From a virus, in the IMG/VR virus record IMGVR_UViG_3300043446_001478, positions 2,604 to 66,603 of that record: a stretch of 64,000 bases of DNA; one strand, given 5' to 3'. The notes beneath the pieces are model-generated. The model worked only from the letters and a program-made list of their open reading frames with translations, searched no databases and was not told the origin of the DNA. The translations under genes were made by a program, and so were the position numbers. Below are positions 8,782-19,057 of this stretch, one piece after another. Numbering within the stretch: the first letter of the stretch is position 1; every line of letters begins with the position of its first letter.

Positions 8782-11700
8782 ATGTCTATCTTGTCAAACT
8801 TATATGCAGATAAAGCCTTCTCAGAACACCCTTCTGGCTTATGGTCGTTAGATGATTCTGCAGACTATGTTTCGCTTATATCAAATTCAAATAGAAACGT
8901 TTATAACTGGACTACCACTGGTTGTACAGCAACACAGGTAACAAATGTAAAAAATGAACCATTTATAGATAGTAGTATAACAAGAATTGTTGTTGATGTT
9001 GTAGAAAATTTAGGTGACGGCGAAGCAACTTTTTTATGTCAAAGTCCAGAGGTATTAGATTTTAGTCAATTACAAACAAGTCTTGGAACATTTGCAATTG
9101 GCGCATACGTATATACGGGAAGCCCCTATATAACTGGTTATGAATTAGGATATGAGTATTACAATCCAGCAACAGGTGGTTGGAGCCAAACTACAAAAAT
9201 ATTTAATATTGCAATAACAGAAAGATGGATATTTTTATCTGAAACATTTGAAATTCCAAATGAATCTGGGCCAGTGCGACTTATTCTTAAAGGAAGATTC
9301 CTGGGGGGATTCGAAGAATTTGAAAACTATATTCTTGTTAATGGAGTTTCTTTTGGACAATGGTCAGAAGAATTTTCATCAACATCTTTAGGTATAGAAC
9401 CAGTACAAATACCATCTGGAATATTTAGTGAAACAACATATGGATATCCAGCAAGATCCTATGGCTTGGAAGAAAATGATGGATACTATTTAATTAATCA
9501 AAATTCTTTACGTGCAAAAAATTCTGGTGCACCAATGGTTTATGGAACATCTAGTTGCACTATTATTTATCCTAATGACAATAAGCCATCCTTAATTCTT
9601 CCCTCACTCGGGTTCTTAAATAATTCTGGTAAATATAAAACATATACTACAGAAATGTGGTTGCGGGTTAACTCAAGTACAACAGAACCTAAAAAAATAT
9701 TTGGAAATATTGAAGACGACAATGGTCTGTATGTAGATGGACCATTTATTGTATTAAAGATAGGCGACAAGTCTGGATCTCATTATGTAGGCGAATGGGT
9801 TAGACCAATGCTTGTTCATATATTATATTTAGAAGATTCATTTAAGTTATACATAAATGGCGAAGAGGTTATTTCTATATATCAAAAAACAGAAGATATA
9901 AACTTTACATCTTCTAAAGAATGGCTTGGTTTTTGGGCATATGATGATGTAACCCCAATAGAACTAGATTGCGTTGGAATTTACCCATATAAAGTCTCAA
10001 ACATTCTTGCAAAAAGAAGATTTGTTTATGGTCAAGGAGTTGAGGCTCCTGATAATATTAATACTGCTTATAGCGGTAAATCTTTATTAATTGATTATTC
10101 ATTTGCAGATTATTCAAACAATTATTCATATCCAAATATTGGAAAATGGAATCAGGGTATTAATGATAATCTTTCTACAGAAAATAATACACTTTCAACT
10201 CCTAATTATTCTTTACCAAAATTTTTAATAAATCATCAGGGTGCAAATAGTGAGTCATACTATAAAGATTGGGTTAGCGCAAACTCATCTCTATCATCAG
10301 AACTAGGCGATGAATATTTTAAAGTAAGACCAAATGAAAACTATAACGCACAGATATATTTTGAAAACTTAAATTTTTTACAGCAACAAGTAAAAACTAT
10401 ATATGGTGTATTTAAAAGAACTGGTGATCCTAGATATATAAATAGTGTTGAGCAGCCAATGACATTATTTAAAATTATCGACTTAAACCAAAACTACCTT
10501 CATGTTTATTTATATGAAAATAGTTCAAAAATAAAATATGTTGTTAAGTTTGGAAATCAAGAACCAAAAGAAATTCATGAGCAAAGTATCTCAATTAATA
10601 AAGGAGAAAAGTTTTATGCAGGAATTTATTTACCAAATATAATTAATTGGTTTGGCGCAGAGGTTGCTTCTATTTTAGGAAATATTTCTCAGTGTAAATT
10701 ATATATAGGTAATGATGAATTTTCTGCTTCATGGTTTGATGGAAATATTTATAAATTTGGATTGTCAAATGATAGAAATACTTCATTAATTGCATCAGCA
10801 TTTGGACCAAATGGATTACCAGCAGACTATTCAAGTATAGATGATTATCAAAACGCTTTAGTTATTGATGCTGGCCTTTACAATAGAGAGTTATGGGATA
10901 GTTTAATAGACGGCGGAACTGTTGGACTTATGTTGTTTGATAAAATTTTAGATCACACGGCATCATATACTTTAGTGGCATCAAAATATTTAAATGAATA
11001 TGGGCTAGACATAGATATTGCTGGATACTGGGAAGATTATCAACCACTTACATATTATGCTCAATTTGTTGAAGACTCACAGGGTGATTATTTTTACGAT
11101 TTAGATTTCTTGCAATTTAATATTGATTATCCAGCACCATCTAAATTTTATGAAGTAGAGTCTGCAGGAGAAGAATGGACATATGCAGAACTTTATAATC
11201 AATATAATTATCCAAGAAAAAGAAAATATGATTCATTAGATAATTTCTTATTTACTGGATATAGAGATTATACTGATTTACAATATAATACAACAAGAAC
11301 ATATAAATATGATACATCTGATGCAAAGGTTAGATCATATATTACTTTTCAATATGTCCAGAGTGGGGCAAACCAAACATCTAGATTTTTTACTAACATA
11401 GAGCCAGCAGCAAAAGAATCAACGGTAGAGCCAGGAGAAAATTGGATTTCTACAAAGTATGAAACTATAGATAATATGATTATTTATCCTCCAAAGGGTG
11501 TTGATTTTAATGATCTTGCAATTGTTACTCATTTAGAGTTTGATGTAAAAAATATATTGAGAAATAAAATAAGAATTAAAAAATTGGAATATTGTTCACA
11601 AGCATTTAATCAATCAAACAATCCTATCGGCACAAGTCCATATGAAAAAATGTATCCATATAGAAAATCTGGAATTTATTATTCTTACAAAGGAAAGAAC

Positions 11701-12489
11701 CCATATAGCATATATAAAGCAACATCTCCATATTTATATATGACAAGAAATAGTGGGATACAACTAAGAGGAAAGTTTGATCCATTAGTTAACAGGGGAT
11801 TGCTAATTCCAATTAATAAAGATGGACTGAGTAATTTTGATAAAGTTATGGCAATGCAACTTGCATTAAGATTTGACGAAGACTATTTTCCTTATGCTCC
11901 AACACAAATATTTGAAGTAGAGGCAAAAAATTCTTATATTAGATTTTACATGGTTGCTACTGATCAAACTGGACAAAGAGCAAAGATATATGGAATTAAT
12001 GCAAAAACTGGTAGAACAGAAGATGGAATTGCATTTTATCTAAATGGCAAAATTGTTAAAGATCCGATAATCTCAATAAAGCAGTGGTCTTTCTTAGGCA
12101 TATCTTTTTCTAATCTACTTGATATTTCTGGAACATCTGGATCAATAAAATTAAATGGTCCATTATTATTTAATAATATTTCCTACTATCAATCAACAAA
12201 CTTACAAGAAGTTCAAAAGGTATCAAATAGACCATGGTTCCAAGTTAAGAGGTCTGGTCCACTTATTTTACATTGGGAAGACTGGCTTCCAGGCTTTTTC
12301 CTATGGCAGGGAGTGCTTGTTGCGTCCTCTATTAGTTACTATGGTGTAAATCCAGAAGATATTTATAAGAGTTATGTTGGAACTAATAAACTTTCTGTGT
12401 CATCAGACAAGGTTTTTGGAATAGGTCAGTGTGAATATAGCGTATATCAAAACGTTCTTTGGCAACAAACAACCTCTTCAGCAGCATAA
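8782..12489 (+). CDS. Large beta-rich virion structural protein with LamG/concanavalin-like segments (probable tail/baseplate-associated)
   Basis: 1235 aa; P.GLWSLDD N-terminus and EMWLR...HI.Y....KLYINGEEV laminin-G-like pattern; exact role not determinable. Confidence 0.5.
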   Translation: MSILSNLYADKAFSEHPSGLWSLDDSADYVSLISNSNRNVYNWTTTGCTATQVTNVKNEPFIDSSITRIVVDVVENLGDGEATFLCQSPEVLDFSQLQTSLGTFAIGAYVYTGSPYITGYELGYEYYNPATGGWSQTTKIFNIAITERWIFLSETFEIPNESGPVRLILKGRFLGGFEEFENYILVNGVSFGQWSEEFSSTSLGIEPVQIPSGIFSETTYGYPARSYGLEENDGYYLINQNSLRAKNSGAPMVYGTSSCTIIYPNDNKPSLILPSLGFLNNSGKYKTYTTEMWLRVNSSTTEPKKIFGNIEDDNGLYVDGPFIVLKIGDKSGSHYVGEWVRPMLVHILYLEDSFKLYINGEEVISIYQKTEDINFTSSKEWLGFWAYDDVTPIELDCVGIYPYKVSNILAKRRFVYGQGVEAPDNINTAYSGKSLLIDYSFADYSNNYSYPNIGKWNQGINDNLSTENNTLSTPNYSLPKFLINHQGANSESYYKDWVSANSSLSSELGDEYFKVRPNENYNAQIYFENLNFLQQQVKTIYGVFKRTGDPRYINSVEQPMTLFKIIDLNQNYLHVYLYENSSKIKYVVKFGNQEPKEIHEQSISINKGEKFYAGIYLPNIINWFGAEVASILGNISQCKLYIGNDEFSASWFDGNIYKFGLSNDRNTSLIASAFGPNGLPADYSSIDDYQNALVIDAGLYNRELWDSLIDGGTVGLMLFDKILDHTASYTLVASKYLNEYGLDIDIAGYWEDYQPLTYYAQFVEDSQGDYFYDLDFLQFNIDYPAPSKFYEVESAGEEWTYAELYNQYNYPRKRKYDSLDNFLFTGYRDYTDLQYNTTRTYKYDTSDAKVRSYITFQYVQSGANQTSRFFTNIEPAAKESTVEPGENWISTKYETIDNMIIYPPKGVDFNDLAIVTHLEFDVKNILRNKIRIKKLEYCSQAFNQSNNPIGTSPYEKMYPYRKSGIYYSYKGKNPYSIYKATSPYLYMTRNSGIQLRGKFDPLVNRGLLIPINKDGLSNFDKVMAMQLALRFDEDYFPYAPTQIFEVEAKNSYIRFYMVATDQTGQRAKIYGINAKTGRTEDGIAFYLNGKIVKDPIISIKQWSFLGISFSNLLDISGTSGSIKLNGPLLFNNISYYQSTNLQEVQKVSNRPWFQVKRSGPLILHWEDWLPGFFLWQGVLVASSISYYGVNPEDIYKSYVGTNKLSVSSDKVFGIGQCEYSVYQNVLWQQTTSSAA

Positions 12490-12507
12490 TATGGTATACT
12501 TGTGGTA

Positions 12508-12912
12508 ATGAAAAACAATAATCAACTCCCATTTGGTAAAGACGGTAAGCCAAGAATGCCTGGTCAGATTGGCGACACTAAGGTTACAATGATTGAAAAA
12601 AATTATGATTGGGGTTTATACGTTTGGAAAAAGGCAAACGGTAAATGGTTTACCGATGGCCAGGGAAATATTTTAAATATACCTTCAATGAAGGGTGATA
12701 TTTCTAAAATTGCAGAATTAAAAAAGGCAGCAGCATATTACGGAGAACCAGAAGGGGAGCCTCATTTCTTTCCTGGTTTGGGCAGGGTAACGGATGAAGA
12801 ATATTCAGAACAAAAACAAAGAATGATGGAAGGTTGGATTCCTAATCTAAACGACCTCGGCTCAGTATATGATGCACAACAAACTGTTAAGAAATACGGA
12901 GCACAAGACTAA
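12508..12912 (+). CDS. Hypothetical protein upstream of portal
   Basis: Clean ORF, own promoter (TGGTATACT 12492-12500), TAATG-coupled to portal. Confidence 0.65.
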   Translation: MKNNNQLPFGKDGKPRMPGQIGDTKVTMIEKNYDWGLYVWKKANGKWFTDGQGNILNIPSMKGDISKIAELKKAAAYYGEPEGEPHFFPGLGRVTDEEYSEQKQRMMEGWIPNLNDLGSVYDAQQTVKKYGAQD

Positions 12913-14513
12913 TGTCAGAAGAACAAGAATTTATAATTGGTGCAAAAATTGATAATCTATCAAGTCCGTTAGATCAATTTAAAAGCGAAGATCCATTTAA
13001 TGGTTCATGGAATACTATTAAATCATATTCTGGATTAGATAATAATTTTAAACGCAGAACAGGAAGACTTGTAGACAAAGCATTATCTCCAGAAAACACA
13101 CAGGGATATCTTGATAGTGCAAAAGCAGAACAGCAAGGTATTGATGGGGCAAAATCAAAAGAGATTAATCCTGGCGTTGTATATAGAAACGCCTATGGAC
13201 TGTTTGATGTAATTACTCCACCATGGAACGTTTACGAACTTGCTAATTATTATGATACTTCATTTGCTAATCATGCTGCTATTGATGCTAAAGTAGAAAA
13301 CATTGTTGGACTAGGTTATGACTTTGAGGTTTCTCCAAGTACAATGCTTCGTCTTGAATCAAATCAAGATAAAGATCAAGTAGCAAGAGCACGAAATAGA
13401 ATTGAAAGAGCCAAGATTGAAATGCATGCTTGGTTAGAATCTCTAAATGATGATGATTCTTTTACAACAACAATGACAAAAGTTTATACAGATATGCAGG
13501 CAATAGGAAATGGATATCTTGAAATTGGTAGAACTACGACTGGGCAAATTGGTTATGTAGGACATATTCCAGCAACAACTGTTCGTGTTCGCAGAGTTCG
13601 TGATGGCTACGTTCAGATTATAGGTCAAAAGGTTGTATATTTTAGAAATTTTGGTGCAACTAATCCTAATCCGATTACTGCAGATCCAAGACCAAATGAA
13701 ATTATTCACTTTAAACAATATTCACCATTGAATACATTCTATGGCGTTCCAGATGTTTTGTCTGCAATTAATTCATTACATGGAGATCATTTAGCATCTC
13801 AATATAACATTGATTATTTTAGTAACAAGGCTGTTCCTAGATATGTTGTTACATTAAAGGGTGCTCGTTTATCTGCAGACGCAGAAGACAAAATGTTTAG
13901 ATTCCTACAAACAAATCTTAAAGGTCAATCACACAGAACCCTATACATTCCACTTCCTGGAGATAGCGATACAAATAAGGTTGACTTCAAGATGGAGCCA
14001 ATTGAGAACGGTATTCAAGAAGGTTCTTTTGAAAGATATCGTAAACAAAATCGTGATGATATTTTAATTGCACATCAAGTACCATTATCAAAAATTGGTG
14101 GAGGAGATTCTGGTGGAGTTGCAGCAGCACTTGCACAAGATCGAACATTCAAGGAGCAGGTTGCACGTCCAGCACAAAGAGAATTAGAGAAAATATTAAA
14201 TAAAATTATTAAAGAACAAACTGATATTTTAGTTCTAAAGTTTAATGAACTTACATTAACTGATGAAATTGCTCAATCTCAGATTCTTGAAAGATATGTT
14301 AAAGCCCAAGTTATGCTTCCTAATGAAGCAAGAACTGTCTTGGGACTTCCACAAAGGGAAGGAGGAGACGAGCCTCTTCAACTTAAGCCACAAGATGCAG
14401 CAAATGCTACAGCAAATCGTGCAAGAGATGGAGAAAGATTAAACAATCAGTCCGATGGACCTGCCACAATTTCTGGTAGAAATCCAAAGGGTGAGGGTAG
14501 ATCGTCACAATAA
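12912..14513 (+). CDS. Portal protein (HK97/PBSX-type)
   Basis: GNGYLEI.R...HIPA..VR, EIIHFK.YSP....YGVP, YF.N.AVP, I..AHQVP, NEAR..LGLP..EGGD; position before protease and capsid. Confidence 0.92.
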   Translation: MSEEQEFIIGAKIDNLSSPLDQFKSEDPFNGSWNTIKSYSGLDNNFKRRTGRLVDKALSPENTQGYLDSAKAEQQGIDGAKSKEINPGVVYRNAYGLFDVITPPWNVYELANYYDTSFANHAAIDAKVENIVGLGYDFEVSPSTMLRLESNQDKDQVARARNRIERAKIEMHAWLESLNDDDSFTTTMTKVYTDMQAIGNGYLEIGRTTTGQIGYVGHIPATTVRVRRVRDGYVQIIGQKVVYFRNFGATNPNPITADPRPNEIIHFKQYSPLNTFYGVPDVLSAINSLHGDHLASQYNIDYFSNKAVPRYVVTLKGARLSADAEDKMFRFLQTNLKGQSHRTLYIPLPGDSDTNKVDFKMEPIENGIQEGSFERYRKQNRDDILIAHQVPLSKIGGGDSGGVAAALAQDRTFKEQVARPAQRELEKILNKIIKEQTDILVLKFNELTLTDEIAQSQILERYVKAQVMLPNEARTVLGLPQREGGDEPLQLKPQDAANATANRARDGERLNNQSDGPATISGRNPKGEGRSSQ

Positions 14514-14556
14514 CTATCCACAGGTTTATACACAGTTTATTAACATTTGTGTAAAA
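14514..14556. promoter_or_regulatory. Cluster of four DnaA-box-like 9-mers
   Basis: CTATCCACA 14514-22, TTATACACA 14526-34, TTATTAACA 14537-45, and TTTTACACA on the minus strand 14548-56, versus consensus TTWTNCACA. Confidence 0.6.
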
Positions 14557-14579
14557 AAGGCTCTATAATATATTCTAGT

Positions 14580-15932
14580 ATGACTATATCTAAAGCCCAT
14601 TGGGACACCGATGGCGAATCAGTAAGACTTTCCCTTCCATTTGCGAAGGTTGATAAGGAGAGACGTATCGTCTCAGGTTTTGCATCTCTTGACAATGTTG
14701 ATAAGCAAGGTGATATTGTAACAGCAGACGCATCAATGAAAGCATTTTCTAATTTCCGTGGAAACATTCGTGAAATGCATCAACCATCAGCAGTAGGAAA
14801 GATGGTTTCATTTAAAGAAGATAAGTATTTTGATGCAGAATCTAAAAAGTTTTATTCTGGAGTTTTTGTTTCTGCATATATTTCTAAAGGTGCTAACGAT
14901 GCATGGGAAAAAGTTTTGGACGGTACATATACAGGATTCTCAATTGGTGGTCGTATGAATAAGTGGGATGATGGTTATGATGAGAAGTCAGATTCTACAA
15001 TTAGAATTATTAAAGATTATGATCTTGTTGAGTTGAGTCTTGTAGATTCCCCAGCAAATCAGTTTGCAAACATTATGCATGTTGAAAAGGTAGATGGTGT
15101 TGCTGTTGTTAAAGGTGCAGATGTTGCACTTGAAAATGTTTTTTATGATGAAGAATCTGGAATTGTAATGGTTTCAGATCAAGAAACAGTTAATAGTCCA
15201 ATAACTGGTAATGAAATGAAGAATATAGGTTTCGTTGAAAAAGAAGACAACGAAAAAATGGATATAGTCAAATTCTTAGTAGATAGTGCTAAAGGCATTG
15301 ATGCTAAGATTTCAAAGGAGGAAAATCCTATGGCAAAAACAAAGAAAGTTACTGAAGAAGTAACAGAAATTGCTAAGTCAGAAGAAATCGCTCCAGAGGC
15401 AGTTGCCGAAACTCCTGCAGTTGAAACTGAGAAGGCTGACGAAGTTGTTGTTGAAACAACTGAATTTGCTGATACAGAAAAGGCTGCAAAGAAGCCACAT
15501 CCAGATGAGGAAAATGCAGCAGAAGATGCAGCAGAAGGTCCAAATGCTGAGATGGAAGAAGAGGCTAAGGCAAAGAAGAAATCAGATGAAGTTATTGCTG
15601 AATCAATAGCAGACATCAAGAGCACAATCTCAACAGCCTTTAGCGATTTAGTTGAAACTGTAAAGTCTTTGCAGGCAGAAGTAGAAGTACTTAAGTCAAG
15701 CAAAGTTGATACAGATGCAGTAAAGAGTTCATTAGATGCAGTCGCCAAAGATATTGCTGCAATCAATGACCGTTTTAATAATTTTGGAAAGCGTGTTGAC
15801 GCAGTAGAAGCAGATACAGCATTCCGAAAGTCTGGCGATCTAGGCGAGATCGTTCAGGAACAACCATCAGAAATGATGGAAAAATCCCTATGGGGCGGAC
15901 GTTTCCTCAAAACAGCCGACTTATTTAGATAA
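14580..15932 (+). CDS. HK97-type prohead protease fused to acidic/coiled-coil scaffold
   Basis: RIVSGFAS...D.QGD...REMH...GFSIGG...L.ELSLVD.PAN protease motifs; C-terminal half is Glu/Ala/Lys-rich coiled coil. Confidence 0.9.
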   Translation: MTISKAHWDTDGESVRLSLPFAKVDKERRIVSGFASLDNVDKQGDIVTADASMKAFSNFRGNIREMHQPSAVGKMVSFKEDKYFDAESKKFYSGVFVSAYISKGANDAWEKVLDGTYTGFSIGGRMNKWDDGYDEKSDSTIRIIKDYDLVELSLVDSPANQFANIMHVEKVDGVAVVKGADVALENVFYDEESGIVMVSDQETVNSPITGNEMKNIGFVEKEDNEKMDIVKFLVDSAKGIDAKISKEENPMAKTKKVTEEVTEIAKSEEIAPEAVAETPAVETEKADEVVVETTEFADTEKAAKKPHPDEENAAEDAAEGPNAEMEEEAKAKKKSDEVIAESIADIKSTISTAFSDLVETVKSLQAEVEVLKSSKVDTDAVKSSLDAVAKDIAAINDRFNNFGKRVDAVEADTAFRKSGDLGEIVQEQPSEMMEKSLWGGRFLKTADLFR

Positions 15933-15955
15933 GTAAAATACTTGGAGGTGACAAT

Positions 15956-17098
15956 ATGTCGGAAGAAATAAAGAAAAACCAACCAGGAGAATCTGGACAA
16001 CTTGGCTCCACACAGCCAGGCCTTTATCAGGCACAAGGTGCATTTGCATCTGGATCTGAAGCAGGTTCTAACATTCCTGGTAACTATACTGATGGTGGTG
16101 TCTTGGGTAATATCCCAAACGCTAACCTAGGTCTTACAACAGGACCAAACGCAGTAAATCCTTCAGGTGAGGCTGGAAGCGGTATCCTACGCCCTGAACA
16201 AGCACAACGTTTCATTGATTACGTTTGGGATGCTACAGTTCTCGCCCAGGATGGTCGCCGTGTCACAATGAGAGCAAACACCATGGAACTTGAAAAAGTT
16301 AACGTTGGTGAACGAGTAATTCGTGCTGCTGCTCAAGGTCTCGGAGATTATACAAATGCTGGTGCTACATTCACTAAGGTAGAACTTACAACCAAGAAGA
16401 TTCGTCTTGATTGGGAAGTATCTGCTGAAGCACTTGAAGATAATATTGAGGGGGCTGCGCTTGAAGATCATCTTGTTCGCTTGATGACAAATGCATTCGC
16501 TAATGATATCGAAGATCTTGCTATCAATGGTGATGCTTCTACAGGCAACTTCCTTTCAATCATGAAGGGCTTTATTAAGAAGCATCAAGATAATGGAGAC
16601 TCACATGAGGCTGCCGTTACTGTTGCTGATAATGCTTGGACACCAGAAGTAATGCAGAATCTTATTCTTGCATTGCCACGTAAGTACCGTGCTCTTAAGA
16701 ACAATCTTAAGTTCTATGTCGGTACAGATACATTTGCAGGTATCGTAAAGCATAACGGAACTCTTGCTGATGCAATTGCTGAAGCAATGGGCAACCGTGT
16801 TGCTGGTACTGCTGCAAACCGTCAAGCATACCTTGATGGAAACGGTCAGACATTCGGTGGAGCACGTACAACACGTGTTCTCGGAATTGACGTACAGGAA
16901 GTTCCTTACTATCCTGAAGGTTATGTCGATTTGACATTCCCTCAGAACCGTGTATGGGGTTTCCAGAGAGACATCGTTGTAAACCGTGAGTACAAGGCGA
17001 AGAAGGATACAATTGAATATACTGTATTCGTTCGCTTCGGTATTCAATGGGAAGAAGAAGATGCAATCGTTTGGGCCGATGCTGCTTCAGATGAGTAA
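15956..17098 (+). CDS. Major capsid protein (HK97 fold)
   Basis: GILRPEQA..FID, VS.EALEDNIEG, E.LAINGD, LP.KY, LGI.V.EVP; GGAGG RBS; host-like optimised codons; followed by a terminator. Confidence 0.92.
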   Translation: MSEEIKKNQPGESGQLGSTQPGLYQAQGAFASGSEAGSNIPGNYTDGGVLGNIPNANLGLTTGPNAVNPSGEAGSGILRPEQAQRFIDYVWDATVLAQDGRRVTMRANTMELEKVNVGERVIRAAAQGLGDYTNAGATFTKVELTTKKIRLDWEVSAEALEDNIEGAALEDHLVRLMTNAFANDIEDLAINGDASTGNFLSIMKGFIKKHQDNGDSHEAAVTVADNAWTPEVMQNLILALPRKYRALKNNLKFYVGTDTFAGIVKHNGTLADAIAEAMGNRVAGTAANRQAYLDGNGQTFGGARTTRVLGIDVQEVPYYPEGYVDLTFPQNRVWGFQRDIVVNREYKAKKDTIEYTVFVRFGIQWEEEDAIVWADAASDE

Positions 17099-17116
17099 TC
17101 TGTAACAGTAACCTTT

Positions 17117-17158
17117 GAGAGGGGGCAGGGGAATGATCTCCTCCCCCTCTTACTTTTT
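17117..17158 (+). terminator. Rho-independent terminator after capsid gene
   Basis: AGAGGGGG...CCCCCTCT stem followed by TACTTTTT. Confidence 0.75.
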
Positions 17159-17165
17159 AGTATTC

Positions 17166-17188
17166 TGTTATAATAGTTACATAGGAGG
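17166..17188 (+). promoter_or_regulatory. Extended -10 promoter and RBS
   Basis: TGTTATAAT 17166-17174 then AGGAGG before ATG 17196. Confidence 0.65.
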
Positions 17189-17195
17189 TTAAATA

Positions 17196-17687
17196 ATGGA
17201 AGAAAATAATTTTATTGAAGACGCACAACCAGTTGTTGCTGAACCAGTTGCCGAACCAGTTGCTGAGTCAGTTGTTGAACCAGTTGTTGAGGCTCCTATG
17301 CCAGAGACAAAGGTAGAAGAACAAACACCAACACCAGAAGTTTCCGCATGGGAAAAATACAAAGTTACTGCAGCAGAAGAAAATAAAAATGCTGGAGTAA
17401 TTACAACAGACAATATTGCACAGGGATCTAACACTGTTCAAGGTATGGGTTCTGTTGCAAATGGTGTTATTGGCGCAACACTTGTTGAAAAAACACCAGA
17501 GAAGCCTGCTGCTCCACAAAAGAAAACAGTTGCTATTCATTCTACAAAGAATGTTAGTCTGCCAGGAGTTGGCAAGGTATATCGTGGATATAACATCGTA
17601 ACACCAGATCAGGCAGAAGCATGGCTTAAGAGAAGTCATATTCGTCTTGCTACATCAGAAGAAGTAGCAGAGGAGTTTGGTCGCTAA
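17196..17687 (+). CDS. Hypothetical head-associated protein with acidic Pro/Val-rich N-terminus
   Basis: Strong RBS; PVAE repeats; small globular C-terminal segment; lies between capsid and adaptor. Confidence 0.6.
   Translation: MEENNFIEDAQPVVAEPVAEPVAESVVEPVVEAPMPETKVEEQTPTPEVSAWEKYKVTAAEENKNAGVITTDNIAQGSNTVQGMGSVANGVIGATLVEKTPEKPAAPQKKTVAIHSTKNVSLPGVGKVYRGYNIVTPDQAEAWLKRSHIRLATSEEVAEEFGR
17229..17291 (+). repeat. Imperfect 12-bp coding tandem repeat (CCAGTTGYYGAR; PVAE/PVVE)
   Basis: ccagttgttgctgaa ccagttgccgaa ccagttgctgag tcagttgttgaa ccagttgttgag. Confidence 0.7.
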
Positions 17688-18608
17688 ATGGAAGTACTGA
17701 GAGTTCCACCCTATCCTCTAATAACTACATGGACATTACCCATAGCAAATTATGAGTACATTGTCTATGTTGAGGATTTGGTGGATCACTCATTTGAAGA
17801 AACAAATTTATTTTCAGATGCAAATGGAACACTGGTTTATCAATTACCATTATCAAAAGTTCAGTTCGATAGAGACTTTTTAATTAGATTTTATGATTCA
17901 GAACATGAGCATATTTTATATGAAGATAACCTAACAATTACAAGACCATATGTTAACCCATCAGATTATGGAACTACGGCATCTGAAATTAGTAAATATA
18001 AAATGTACGAACTTATTGCAAGATCAATTATCGATACATATGTTGGAGATGGATTCTATAACCATAAACTTGTTTTAAATGTTGTCGGACAAGGAACTGA
18101 CTATTTGCATTTATGGCATGATTCAAACAAAGTTTTAAAAGTTTATGAAAATAATGTTTTAGTTTATGATGCAGAAGATGAAAGTAGTTATCCATATTCT
18201 TATGGAATATTGTATGATAATTCTGCAATCTATAGAGAAGAAAATGCAACGGCAACCGACGAAAGAAATAGACTTGAATATAACCCACCAAAAACTATGA
18301 CTGCACACGGAGATTTGGGTTTTGCAGGTTATAAAATTGGTGATTTCCCAAGAGGATTTGATTATACAGTAGTTATGGATGTCGGATATCGTGTTGTTCC
18401 TCCAGATGTTAGAGCAGCAACAAAAATGCTTATAGAAGATATTGATTGTGGAAAGTTAGACTATTATAAACGATACATTAATTCATATAATACAGATCAA
18501 TTTAAAATCCAGTTCGATAAGGCAATGATGTCGGGAACTGGAAATATGATTGTTGATAAAATTTTAGATAAATATCTTAAGGTCATAACTAAGCCAGGAG
18601 TTTTATAA
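17688..18608 (+). CDS. Head-tail adaptor/connector protein
   Basis: AR.IID.Y.G..F and GY..VP.DV..AT.ML adaptor-like motifs; synteny. Confidence 0.65.
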   Translation: MEVLRVPPYPLITTWTLPIANYEYIVYVEDLVDHSFEETNLFSDANGTLVYQLPLSKVQFDRDFLIRFYDSEHEHILYEDNLTITRPYVNPSDYGTTASEISKYKMYELIARSIIDTYVGDGFYNHKLVLNVVGQGTDYLHLWHDSNKVLKVYENNVLVYDAEDESSYPYSYGILYDNSAIYREENATATDERNRLEYNPPKTMTAHGDLGFAGYKIGDFPRGFDYTVVMDVGYRVVPPDVRAATKMLIEDIDCGKLDYYKRYINSYNTDQFKIQFDKAMMSGTGNMIVDKILDKYLKVITKPGVL

Positions 18609-19057
18609 TGGCTATATGCGAAACCACAGACTTCGCATTTCCTATGCAAGCAGATGTATATCATCCAATAGTTGAACAAGGACCTTACGGAAACGTTCAA
18701 AAAACTTGGGTTCTTGATAGAACAATTGCATGTTCATTTGCTCCTGCAGGTACTGCTTTTAGAGAAGAAGTTGTTCCCAATTTAAATATTACACAGGATA
18801 AAATATTAATTGGAAGAGTTAAAACTGATATTAGAATTTCTAGTTTAGATGATCGCAACTCTATAAACAATGTTATTATTACAAATATTAAAGATAATAA
18901 CTGTAATGAAATATATTTAGAAACATCTGGGCCACGTTCTGGCAAGTCAACAATATTTGAAATAGCAACTCACGAACCATTTGTTGGACCTTTCGGTGGT
19001 GTTGAATATTATAAATTAATTATTCGTAGATCAGAAAATCAGGCGGTAAATATATGA
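18608..19057 (+). CDS. Head-closure (stopper) protein, putative
   Basis: Size, beta-rich sequence, YG.V.K.W pattern, position after adaptor. Confidence 0.5.
   Translation: MAICETTDFAFPMQADVYHPIVEQGPYGNVQKTWVLDRTIACSFAPAGTAFREEVVPNLNITQDKILIGRVKTDIRISSLDDRNSINNVIITNIKDNNCNEIYLETSGPRSGKSTIFEIATHEPFVGPFGGVEYYKLIIRRSENQAVNI

Noticed and set aside
15179-15766. 195-aa minus-strand ORF and the other minus-strand or nested short ORFs in the track
   Set aside because: They are antisense or off-frame shadows of well-supported + strand genes, with no RBS or recognisable motifs.
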